Positions 29,600 through 37,195 of a stretch of DNA of 44,812 nt are shown here, one piece after another. Below the pieces are notes generated by a model, which was not told the origin of the DNA, made no database searches, and worked only from the letters and a program-made list of their open reading frames with translations. The stretch is from Candidatus Woesearchaeota archaeon (GTDB lineage Archaea; Nanobdellota; Nanobdellia; UBA10117; ARS21), in NCBI GenBank assembly GCA_964344705.1, contig CAYFOG010000001.1, forward strand, positions 2,172 through 46,983. Direction: 5' to 3'. The position numbers and the translations under genes are program-made. The first letter of the stretch is position 1, and each line of letters starts with the position of its first letter.

Positions 29600-30119
29600 T
29601 AATCACGAATATGCAGTGATTGGCGCACTTGCTATAGTAGTTGCGGCTATTTTCGTTTTCAGCACTTATGGTTTTAATATTGTTGGAATGGCAGATGGCA
29701 CATTTCAAGTAGTTGTCACGGGAACGGCAGGCTGTACTATTGATCAAAGTTCTACTCTTAGCGCAGTAGGTGGGACTGAAAATACGACTGTTAGTGGAAC
29801 TCCGCTGATTTTGAACAACACTGGAAACGTAGATCTTAATGTTACAGTCAATTCAAGCAAGAACAATGCAACTTTATTCTCAGGAACCAGTCCAAAATTC
29901 TATTGGAACTTCAGTAATTATGAAGCCAGTTCAGGAACCATTGCCTCCGGGTTTGCGTCGTGGGTAGGAGTAGGAACAGATTCAAACATTCCAGTTACAA
30001 ACTTCCAATTTGAAGCAAGCACAGATACAATCAGGATTGACTTTAATGTCACTCCACCAGTAGATGAACCTGCTGCTACAAAATCTGCAACAATAACTAT
30101 CACTTGTGCACAGTCATAA
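29556..30119 (+). CDS. Small secreted or anchored beta-rich subunit-like protein (187 aa)
   Basis: Basic N-terminus MAKKAQRRKQTRR and TM YAVIGALAIVVAAIFVF. These are followed by DGTFQVVVTG, LILNNTGNVDLNVTV and IRIDFNVTPPVDEPAATKSATITITC. N-x-S/T rich. Confidence 0.65.
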   Translation: MAKKAQRRKQTRRVDNHEYAVIGALAIVVAAIFVFSTYGFNIVGMADGTFQVVVTGTAGCTIDQSSTLSAVGGTENTTVSGTPLILNNTGNVDLNVTVNSSKNNATLFSGTSPKFYWNFSNYEASSGTIASGFASWVGVGTDSNIPVTNFQFEASTDTIRIDFNVTPPVDEPAATKSATITITCAQS

Positions 30120-30619
30120 TGCTATCGAGATATCTTATTCTGTTATTTGTCTTGCCAGGAGTATTCGCATTCACAGTATCTCCAAGTGTGGTTGAATATG
30201 AGTTTATTCCAGGAGGCAATTATCTTGGAAAAATATGTATTGTTGGAGGAGAGGATAAATTTTTCAACTTGACTCTCGGAAACAAAGACATAATTAGTGA
30301 TATCGATTTTGAAGATACCTTTATACCTTCCAAAAATTATGATTGCCAGAATTACACATTTAGCACAAATTACTTCGTTGATGAGCAAAAAAATTATGAA
30401 GCGCATATATACGTTTCAGAGCACGATCCAAATAGAAACTTAGAGGAAGAAGGTATTAGTTTTTTGACAAGAATTGCACAACGTATTGTTATTGATGCTA
30501 AGGAAGCACCAGTCAAGGAAGACGCACCTAAAATGGGACTCACTTTTGCTTCAGTAGGTTTGGGCGCATTTATTGTAGGAGTTCTTACCTTATTGTTCAT
30601 TAGACGCAAGCGTAACTAA
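30119..30619 (+). CDS. Signal-peptide Ig-like protein with a C-terminal TM anchor and basic tail
   Basis: ATG 30119 overlaps the upstream TAA (TAATG). Signal peptide MLSRYLILLFVLPGVFA. FTVSPSVVEYEFIPGGN. TM LGAFIVGVLTLLFI followed by RRKRN. Confidence 0.7.
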   Translation: MLSRYLILLFVLPGVFAFTVSPSVVEYEFIPGGNYLGKICIVGGEDKFFNLTLGNKDIISDIDFEDTFIPSKNYDCQNYTFSTNYFVDEQKNYEAHIYVSEHDPNRNLEEEGISFLTRIAQRIVIDAKEAPVKEDAPKMGLTFASVGLGAFIVGVLTLLFIRRKRN

Positions 30620-30649
30620 ATTTATTAATCATTGAGAACTTTGAATTGT

Positions 30650-31948
30650 ATGCGTAGAGAATTACTATTAGTTCCGCTCTTCTTAATACTGCCCGGAGCT
30701 CTGGCTTTTGGTATGCTTGATGCTCTTTCAATACTCGATCCATTTGTTTCTGGAACATTCTCAATTGAAGTTGTAGGAGGAAATGCACCGGTTTGGAATC
30801 AATCTATTTCCAATGTCACCGTCAATCAAGATTCAGGTTCAACAGTTGTAGATTCAGATTTAACGCTCTTAGGAAATGGTCAATGTACTGATGCGGATAA
30901 TACTACTCCAACTTTTGCTGTGGAAAGTGAAAACACATCTGCGGTAGATTGTTCAATTTCAAGTACGGAATTAAGTATAACTCCTGCAACAGGTTTTACT
31001 GGAAATGATACATGTATTATTTCATGTTCTGACTCTCTTAATTCTACAAATAGCACCTTTACTATAACTGTAAATGCAGTTGCTGCTGAAGAAGAGGAAG
31101 CTACAGCACCAAGCGCCGCAGGAGGGGCAGGTGGAGGAGGCGCTTTTTCTGGAGCTCCAACACCAGAAGCAGGACCAACCTTTGAAGTAACTCCAGCAGT
31201 TATTACGATTGAATTGAATCGAGGTCAGACTGCTACAAAAACATTTACAGTTTCAAATTTCAGAAATGTTTTGAGAACATTCAAAATTACATTGAGAGGT
31301 ATTTCAAGTTTGGCAGTTGTTCAGAGTGACGCAGTTGTTGATGCGCAAGGCAGAGCCTTTGTTGGAATTAATTTCTATGTTCCAGAGGGAACAAGAATTG
31401 GCGTTTACTCAGGAAGTATTGATGTTGAATCTGAGACCATTTCTGTAATTGTTGAGGTAAAAGCGAGAGATACAGATTCTGAAGTAGGACTCACTTTACA
31501 AGATAGTAAATCGGCTCCAACTGCGGCATTTGTTGGACAGTTAGATTTGCGAGCAGTTTATCCGGGACAAGTTTTGAATCCTAGATTAGATTTGTCTTCC
31601 TTTTTTGATAAAGGATTTGATTTGTTAAATGTTGAATATAGAATTTTAAACTCTGAAAATCAAGTAGTGTATTCAGAAACTGTCGAAACTCAAGTTAGTG
31701 AATCTGAATTTGTGAAAGAAATTACTTTACCTACGGATATTTCCCCAGGGAGATATGTATTATCTGTGTTGATTGACGAAGAGAGAGCATCAGGTTCTGC
31801 ATCAAAAACCTTTGACGTTCTTTCAAGGCGTGCATTTTTCTCAGATACTTTTATTATTCAAATCGCCGTTGTCTTGACGATATTGGCTGGAGCGTTCTTG
31901 ATGCATGTACATCGCAAGGCAAAGAAGCACAAACCAAGAGCAAGATAG
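30650..31948 (+). CDS. Signal-peptide multi-domain Ig-like protein with a C-terminal TM anchor and basic tail
   Basis: Signal peptide MRRELLLVPLFLILPGALA. SGTFSIEVVGGN. Ala/Gly/Glu linker. FEVTPAVITIELNRGQTATKTFTVSN. A second beta domain. TM IIQIAVVLTILAGAFLM followed by HVHRKAKKHKPRAR. Confidence 0.75.
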   Translation: MRRELLLVPLFLILPGALAFGMLDALSILDPFVSGTFSIEVVGGNAPVWNQSISNVTVNQDSGSTVVDSDLTLLGNGQCTDADNTTPTFAVESENTSAVDCSISSTELSITPATGFTGNDTCIISCSDSLNSTNSTFTITVNAVAAEEEEATAPSAAGGAGGGGAFSGAPTPEAGPTFEVTPAVITIELNRGQTATKTFTVSNFRNVLRTFKITLRGISSLAVVQSDAVVDAQGRAFVGINFYVPEGTRIGVYSGSIDVESETISVIVEVKARDTDSEVGLTLQDSKSAPTAAFVGQLDLRAVYPGQVLNPRLDLSSFFDKGFDLLNVEYRILNSENQVVYSETVETQVSESEFVKEITLPTDISPGRYVLSVLIDEERASGSASKTFDVLSRRAFFSDTFIIQIAVVLTILAGAFLMHVHRKAKKHKPRAR

Positions 31949-31978
31949 GCTTTTATAATTCGAGAAGCTATTTTGTTT

Positions 31979-32989
31979 ATGCGTAAACTGGCTCTCTTGT
32001 TGTTATTGTTTCCAATAGTTTTTGCACATCACGGAGTTTTTGGCGAATTTGGATTTGTTGATTCTGAATTACCGTTTGGATACTCAAAAACATTCTCACT
32101 TTCTGAGGTTGAAGTTAATTTGGAAGAACGAAGCTACTTTGAAATAGACATTATTAATGAAGGAGTTGGTCCGCTGTTCTTGATTGTTGATTATCCTGAT
32201 TTTTTAAGTGGAGAAACGCAACTGGAGATAGAAGATGCTCATACTTTGCGAATTGATGTTGACAAAGTCAGCAATTCCTTTGGAGTTATTGGATTTAAGT
32301 CACCAGATTCCTCACTTTTTCTACCAGTTACTCATTCTTTGATAGATATGAGTGTATTTTCTAGCTTTGATTTGAAGTTGGTTTCGGATGTCTATTTTGC
32401 AGGAGGGAATATGTCTTTTGATATAGAAATAACGGATGATAATTCGGAAGGAACCAAAGAAGTAGAATTAAGACTCACTTTGATATCTAAGGACAATCAA
32501 GAGGTGCTTGAAGACACAAAAACCCTTGCCGTAGATGCATTATTTGATGAAGAAGTATCACTTTATTTACCTGAATATTTGTCTAAAGGAGAGTATGCAT
32601 TGTTTGCATCTATGAATTATGATGGTTCATCAGATTATGAATACTCACTTTTTACTTTGGATGAAAGCAAGGCAAAGGGAACAGATTTTTCAGGATTAAT
32701 TAATTCAGGATTATTTTTACTAATAATTGGATTGTTTGTATTTTTAGTACATAATAGCCATAGACATCTGGGTAAATTGAGGAGATTACACCATAAACAC
32801 TCACTTTCGATTCGACGGCATCGAGCAACACGCGCAGAAGCCGAAGTGGTTGAGAAGAAACTTTCTTCTATTAGATCTGCTTATTTAGAGGGGGCAATTT
32901 CCAAAAAGAACTATGATTCTGCAGTCAAAAGATTAAGGGATAGGCTTAAGGCATTGCGATTAGGCCTCAAAAAGCGCCCAGGTAAGTAG
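31979..32989 (+). CDS. Signal-peptide two-domain Ig-like protein with a TM anchor and a long basic coiled-coil tail
   Basis: Signal peptide MRKLALLLLLFPIVFA (ATG 31979). FSLSEVEVNLEERSYFEIDIINEG. TM GLFLLIIGLFVFLV. Tail of about 75 aa rich in Arg, Lys and His. Confidence 0.75.
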   Translation: MRKLALLLLLFPIVFAHHGVFGEFGFVDSELPFGYSKTFSLSEVEVNLEERSYFEIDIINEGVGPLFLIVDYPDFLSGETQLEIEDAHTLRIDVDKVSNSFGVIGFKSPDSSLFLPVTHSLIDMSVFSSFDLKLVSDVYFAGGNMSFDIEITDDNSEGTKEVELRLTLISKDNQEVLEDTKTLAVDALFDEEVSLYLPEYLSKGEYALFASMNYDGSSDYEYSLFTLDESKAKGTDFSGLINSGLFLLIIGLFVFLVHNSHRHLGKLRRLHHKHSLSIRRHRATRAEAEVVEKKLSSIRSAYLEGAISKKNYDSAVKRLRDRLKALRLGLKKRPGK

Positions 32990-33028
32990 TAAATGTTATA
33001 AAGAACTATACACTCTACTATCTATTAT

Positions 33029-33373
33029 ATGGCCAGAGCTAAACGTGTTTCCAAGGCAAGGAAAAGAGCCACCCGTAGAAAGTCATCTAAGAACCAAAAT
33101 TATTTGACTGCAGCGATGTCTGATATTGGCAAGGAACTTAGAAGACTCACTTTGGGCAAGAAGAGATTAAGATCTCGGCTGGAGAGTTCTAGAAGAGAGC
33201 TTTTGAGATTAAAGGTTCGAGAAGATAGAGTTCGAGACAGACTCACTAAATTGATTGCAAAAGAAGGGCCTATTCATGAGAATCAACGTAATTTGAAGCG
33301 TTCAATTACAGAACTTAAGAATAGAATTTTGAAAGTCAAGAAAATTCGAGAAGAAATTCGAGATCCAGAATAA
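33029..33373 (+). CDS. Highly basic coiled-coil protein (114 aa)
   Basis: MARAKRVSKARKRATRRKSSK followed by heptad-like R/L/K/E repeats. The T-run TTTTTTATTTTT (33382-33393) follows the stop codon. Confidence 0.55.
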   Translation: MARAKRVSKARKRATRRKSSKNQNYLTAAMSDIGKELRRLTLGKKRLRSRLESSRRELLRLKVREDRVRDRLTKLIAKEGPIHENQRNLKRSITELKNRILKVKKIREEIRDPE

Positions 33374-33419
33374 ATTGTCGTTTTTTATTTTTACAGTAAG
33401 GTTTTTATTGTTCAAGTGA

Positions 33420-33490
33420 GTTAAACTACTGTTAAACACATGTTAAACACTTCTCAGCAGGTGTTGAACATATCTAAACGTGTTTAAACA
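33420..33490. promoter_or_regulatory. Cluster of TGTT(A/G/T)AACA-type sites upstream of the wHTH gene
   Basis: GTTAAAC at 33420-33426. Tandem TGTTAAACAC(A) at 33430-33440 and 33441-33450, with an 11-bp period. TGTTGAACA at 33462-33470. The perfect palindrome TGTTTAAACA at 33481-33490. One more TGTTAAACAC lies at 33997-34006, just past the gene's stop. Confidence 0.4.
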
Positions 33491-33494
33491 GAAG

Positions 33495-33995
33495 ATGGTT
33501 GTCAAAAAAGCTCTAAGAAAACTTCTGAGAAGGAAGCGAAGAACTAAAACTGTAGAAAAAGAAGAAGTTGAGAAACACAAAGTTCTCAGAAGTTGGGAAG
33601 ACATTTATGGAGAACTAAGTGAACATCCTCTTACTCAAGCGAAGATAATTAATGAACAACTATTACATTCTACTAATGATGCTTTGAATGAAATAAACAA
33701 TAAGTTAGATAATTTAGATGAAAGAGTTGGTGCTTTAGAGCGGAGACGTCCAATATCCAAACGAAACAAAGGAGACGATAATATTCGAACTATTATTCCT
33801 CGAGCTAAGTTATCTAATCAAGAGGAACAGATTGTACAGTTGATTGAGGCTCAGAATGAAGTTGATGCAAAGACTGTTGCTCAGAAATTTAATATCTCTC
33901 GATCTAATTCTAGCTTGAAATTAAATAAATTGCATAATTGGGGTTTCTTAGCCAAGCGTTTAGATGAGAAAAGCGTTTTCTTTAGAATAAAGTAG
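33495..33995 (+). CDS. Coiled-coil plus C-terminal winged-helix DNA-binding protein
   Basis: The C-terminal EEQIVQLIEAQNEVDAKTVAQKFNISRSNSSLKLNKLHNWGFLAKR follows a MarR/ArsR-like wHTH pattern. ATG 33495 is preferred over the track's GTG 33480. Confidence 0.6.
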   Translation: MVVKKALRKLLRRKRRTKTVEKEEVEKHKVLRSWEDIYGELSEHPLTQAKIINEQLLHSTNDALNEINNKLDNLDERVGALERRRPISKRNKGDDNIRTIIPRAKLSNQEEQIVQLIEAQNEVDAKTVAQKFNISRSNSSLKLNKLHNWGFLAKRLDEKSVFFRIK

Positions 33996-34010
33996 TTGTT
34001 AAACACGCGT

Positions 34011-34817
34011 TTAGAGTTCATCTAAAGGTGAACGAACTTGTTTGAGCTCTTTATTTGTTAGATGTGTATAGATTTGTGTTGTGTTTAGATTAGAATGTCC
34101 TAGAAGTGCTTGTATCTTTCTGATGTCTGTACCATTTTCCAGAAGATGTGTTGCAAAAGAATGTCTTAGTGTATGTACATGTACATTCTTGTTTATCTGC
34201 GCCGCATTGGCCACTCTGGAGACAATGTTTTGTATTTGTCTTACAGATATTGGTTTATCTTCATCTCTCCCAGGAAACAAGTACTTGTTTTCGTCAGTTA
34301 TGTAGTTATGAAGGTCTCTACATAGATCTTCTGACAGGATTATCATACGATCCTTCTGTCCTTTACCCTTTCTTACCCAACCAATCTTTTGAGGAATTTC
34401 TAAATCATTAACTTTGAGCTTTTGGAGCTCAGATAAGCGTAAACCTGAGGAATAAAGCAGTTTAATCATAAGCTTGTGCTTTGGATCTTTAGCAGATATG
34501 ATCATTCGCTTTACTTCATCTTTGGTTAATACTACAGGTAACGTTTTTGGTATCTTGGGAGACTTAATTTTGATGTTTTTACCAAGAACTTCCTTGTGAT
34601 AGAATACTAGTGATGCTCTTGTTAACGCGATAGTTGATGGAGAGTAATTATTTTGAGAAATGATGCCTCCCAAATACTCTTTTATCTCTCTTTCAGTAAC
34701 TTCTTTGGGATGTTTGTTTAGAGTTTCAGTGAATTTTCTATTGTGGAACATGTATGCTTTGATAGTATCTGCGGAAAAACCGCGAATCTTTAGTTCGGAT
34801 TCCAATCGATGCAGCAT
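34011..34817 (-). CDS. xerA: Tyrosine recombinase, XerC/D (archaeal XerA)-type
   Basis: N-terminal SAM-like domain. Catalytic region GLRLSEL...HTLRHSFATHLLENGTDIRKIQALLGHSNLNTTQIYTH (R..HxxR..H..Y). Confidence 0.9.
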   Translation of the reverse strand: MLHRLESELKIRGFSADTIKAYMFHNRKFTETLNKHPKEVTEREIKEYLGGIISQNNYSPSTIALTRASLVFYHKEVLGKNIKIKSPKIPKTLPVVLTKDEVKRMIISAKDPKHKLMIKLLYSSGLRLSELQKLKVNDLEIPQKIGWVRKGKGQKDRMIILSEDLCRDLHNYITDENKYLFPGRDEDKPISVRQIQNIVSRVANAAQINKNVHVHTLRHSFATHLLENGTDIRKIQALLGHSNLNTTQIYTHLTNKELKQVRSPLDEL

Positions 34818-34919
34818 ATTATTAATTGCGTTTAATATTAATAAATTAGCCCTTTTTCTACCCTATATTTTACTCTTTTACCCTACCCTAAAGACGAAAA
34901 TAGGGGCTTCGTAAAGCGT

Positions 34920-35225
34920 TTATGGTGGAGAAATTCTTGCGAAAAAATTCTTGGCAGCTCTAAGTGATTCTCGACCATGAGCTTCTGTTTTCTTGTCCAA
35001 AATGTGTTCTGATTCAATTAATAGTTTGTAAAGTTGTAAGTAATTGTCATGTTCCGATCCCGGAATGGCTCTTTTGCTATGAAATGCTTTCCTTTCTAGA
35101 TGATGAACCTTGTTCATATGCGTTCTTGCAAAATGTTTGTTATATTTACTAACTCGCTTTAGTCTAAACAATTCGATTTGCTTTATCCACTCTGCCAAAT
35201 AATTATACAACTTCTTTTTTGACAT
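34920..35225 (-). CDS. Hypothetical helical protein (101 aa)
   Basis: ORF only. Basic and helical composition, with no recognisable motif. Confidence 0.4.
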   Translation of the reverse strand: MSKKKLYNYLAEWIKQIELFRLKRVSKYNKHFARTHMNKVHHLERKAFHSKRAIPGSEHDNYLQLYKLLIESEHILDKKTEAHGRESLRAAKNFFARISPP

Positions 35226-35580
35226 GTAATAGTAGGGGGTCGGAGATTAATAAGGATTATCTCTGGATGAACGCTAGTTCGCATAATATACATTAAACGC
35301 ACTCAGAATTTAGAAAGTAAGTTTTTAGAAAATAGGTAGGATATTTTTGCAAATTTTGGATTTTTGAAAAATTTTGAAATTTTTCCTTAATTCTTTTCAA
35401 TATTGTAAATAATATATATAAATTTTAATAATTTCTTAAAAGTTTTAATGAGATTTTGAGTTATTTAGGATCTAAAAAATAAGAAAAAAATGCAAAAATA
35501 GTATATTTAATTTCAATATTGAAAGAAATTAATTAAGAATCTTATTTATTTTCAATATCGACAATAAATAGGTAAAAACA
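35226..35580. repeat. 355-bp very AT-rich non-coding gap with short repeats
   Basis: (A/T)TTTTGRAA occurs three times with a ~10-bp period at 35352-35381. TTTCAATAT(T/C)G occurs three times, at about 35395-35405, 35510-35520 and 35549-35559. This is much longer than the other intergenic gaps in the window. Confidence 0.5.
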
Positions 35581-36390
35581 TTATTTGTAAAATTCAATAG
35601 TTTTTTTCAAACCTGTTTCTAGGTCAGTTTTTGGTGCCCAATTTAGCTCATTTTTGGCTTTTGTAATGTCTGCACAAGAGTAAAATAGGTCTCCGTAACG
35701 TGGTTTTTCTAGGACTACTTTTGATTTTGAGTTACACAATTTTATGATTAATTTAGCCAAATCTTTGAGTTTTATACTTTGTCCTGAACCTATGTTGAAC
35801 CCTTGTTCAGGTCCAGAATAGTTTACAGCGGCGATGTTTGCATCAACGACATCGTCAACATAGATGAAATCTCGCTCTTGATTTCCGTCTCCTGTGATTA
35901 CTAAATCCTCATTGTTTAGGGCCTTTTTTATGAATATTGCAATAACTCCAGCCTTTCCTTGTCCCGGGCCATAGACGTTGAAATATCTCAGAGAAATTCC
36001 TTCTGCTTCAGAGACAAGTTTCTCTCCATCAACTTTATTTTGAGCATAATTAGATTTTGGATTTAATTTATCATCTTCAGAAACCTTTCGATCATATTCT
36101 CCATAAACGGCGGCACTACTTGAGAAAATTATTTTTCCGTTAGATAGATTTACAACATTCTTAGTTCCTTTAACATTTACTTTGTGATATTCTTCAGGTT
36201 TTTCTTGACTTTCAGGAACGCTAATCTTTGCAGCAGTGTGGAAGATTATGTCAATGTCATCCAAAGCTTCAGATAATTTTTCTTTATCCAGAATGTCTTG
36301 ATCCAAGCTTTTATCATAAGAATTGCAGTTTAATTGCTTGACAATCTTGCTTCCAATGAAACCTTTACCACCGGTCACTAAATATTTCAT
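35581..36390 (-). CDS. NAD-dependent epimerase/dehydratase (extended SDR, UDP-sugar 4-epimerase-like)
   Basis: VTGGKGFIGS Rossmann motif and a catalytic YAQNK (YxxxK). Confidence 0.85.
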   Translation of the reverse strand: MKYLVTGGKGFIGSKIVKQLNCNSYDKSLDQDILDKEKLSEALDDIDIIFHTAAKISVPESQEKPEEYHKVNVKGTKNVVNLSNGKIIFSSSAAVYGEYDRKVSEDDKLNPKSNYAQNKVDGEKLVSEAEGISLRYFNVYGPGQGKAGVIAIFIKKALNNEDLVITGDGNQERDFIYVDDVVDANIAAVNYSGPEQGFNIGSGQSIKLKDLAKLIIKLCNSKSKVVLEKPRYGDLFYSCADITKAKNELNWAPKTDLETGLKKTIEFYK

Positions 36391-36441
36391 AGTTTGCCTT
36401 GTTAAAGAAATTAATAAATACTTCCAAGAGGTAGAATTAAT

Positions 36442-36879
36442 ATGGTTAAGAAGAGTCTTCGAGATATTCCTTTGCAGGAGATAACTTTGCGCAAATATGA
36501 ATCACCATATGGTCTTGATAATCGAGAATTGTCTCGGAAATTTCTTTTATCTATTGGATTGCTTCAACCAGGTGAGAGCAGAGATATAATTGTAGACATA
36601 TTTGAGTTGTTTGTCAAAGCTCGCAAGCTAAACAAACCTTTGGAAGTTGATTTTATTGTCAATGAGCTTGAAGGTAAATCAGGGGCGTCGGCACCAAACG
36701 TTGCTCGTCAGATTAAACGACTGAAAGACATGAAATTGATTGAGAAAATTCATGCAGGATACAGAATAACTGAGTTTGGGAAAATAGATAATATTGTTTC
36801 AAATTTTGTAGTTCCTTTTGTGATAAATCAAAGTGCTGAAAGGCTAAGTGAGTACGCAAAAGAACTTGACAGAAGATAA
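36442..36879 (+). CDS. Putative winged-helix DNA-binding protein
   Basis: APNVARQIKRLKDMKLIEKIHAGYRITEFG fits a wHTH recognition helix plus wing pattern. Confidence 0.5.
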   Translation: MVKKSLRDIPLQEITLRKYESPYGLDNRELSRKFLLSIGLLQPGESRDIIVDIFELFVKARKLNKPLEVDFIVNELEGKSGASAPNVARQIKRLKDMKLIEKIHAGYRITEFGKIDNIVSNFVVPFVINQSAERLSEYAKELDRR

Positions 36880-36910
36880 ACTTTTTAAATCAAATTTGGA
36901 GAAAAATAGT

Positions 36911-37183
36911 ATGTCAAACAGATTTACAAAAGACAATTTGATTGGAATAATTAGAAAAGGTATTGATGCTGAAGGTAATAAGCGAGAGCTTTTTTGGCCC
37001 AAAGTCGCTGAGCTAAGACTTCTGGGATTAAGACTTCCAATTTATTCTCAATTACCTCAATTTACTCGAGACAAAGACAGAGCCCTTAATGAAAGGATAC
37101 AAAGTCATTATGGTAATGTAGAAATTGTTGGAAAGAAAGTCTACTTGTCAAGAACTACAAATTCTTTAGAAAAGTTAGTGTAA
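36911..37183 (+). CDS. Hypothetical protein (90 aa)
   Basis: ORF from ATG 36911 (MSNRFTKD). The track's 36848 start overlaps the upstream gene. Confidence 0.35.
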   Translation: MSNRFTKDNLIGIIRKGIDAEGNKRELFWPKVAELRLLGLRLPIYSQLPQFTRDKDRALNERIQSHYGNVEIVGKKVYLSRTTNSLEKLV

Positions 37184-37195
37184 GAACCGAAGTTC

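Noticed and set aside
28463-30119. Type IV pilin (class III signal peptide) identity for the small subunit-like proteins.
   Set aside because: No (K/R)-(G/A)-cleavage-site-plus-hydrophobic-helix motif is present at the N-termini. No prepilin peptidase, PilB/FlaI ATPase or PilC/FlaJ gene is present in the cluster.
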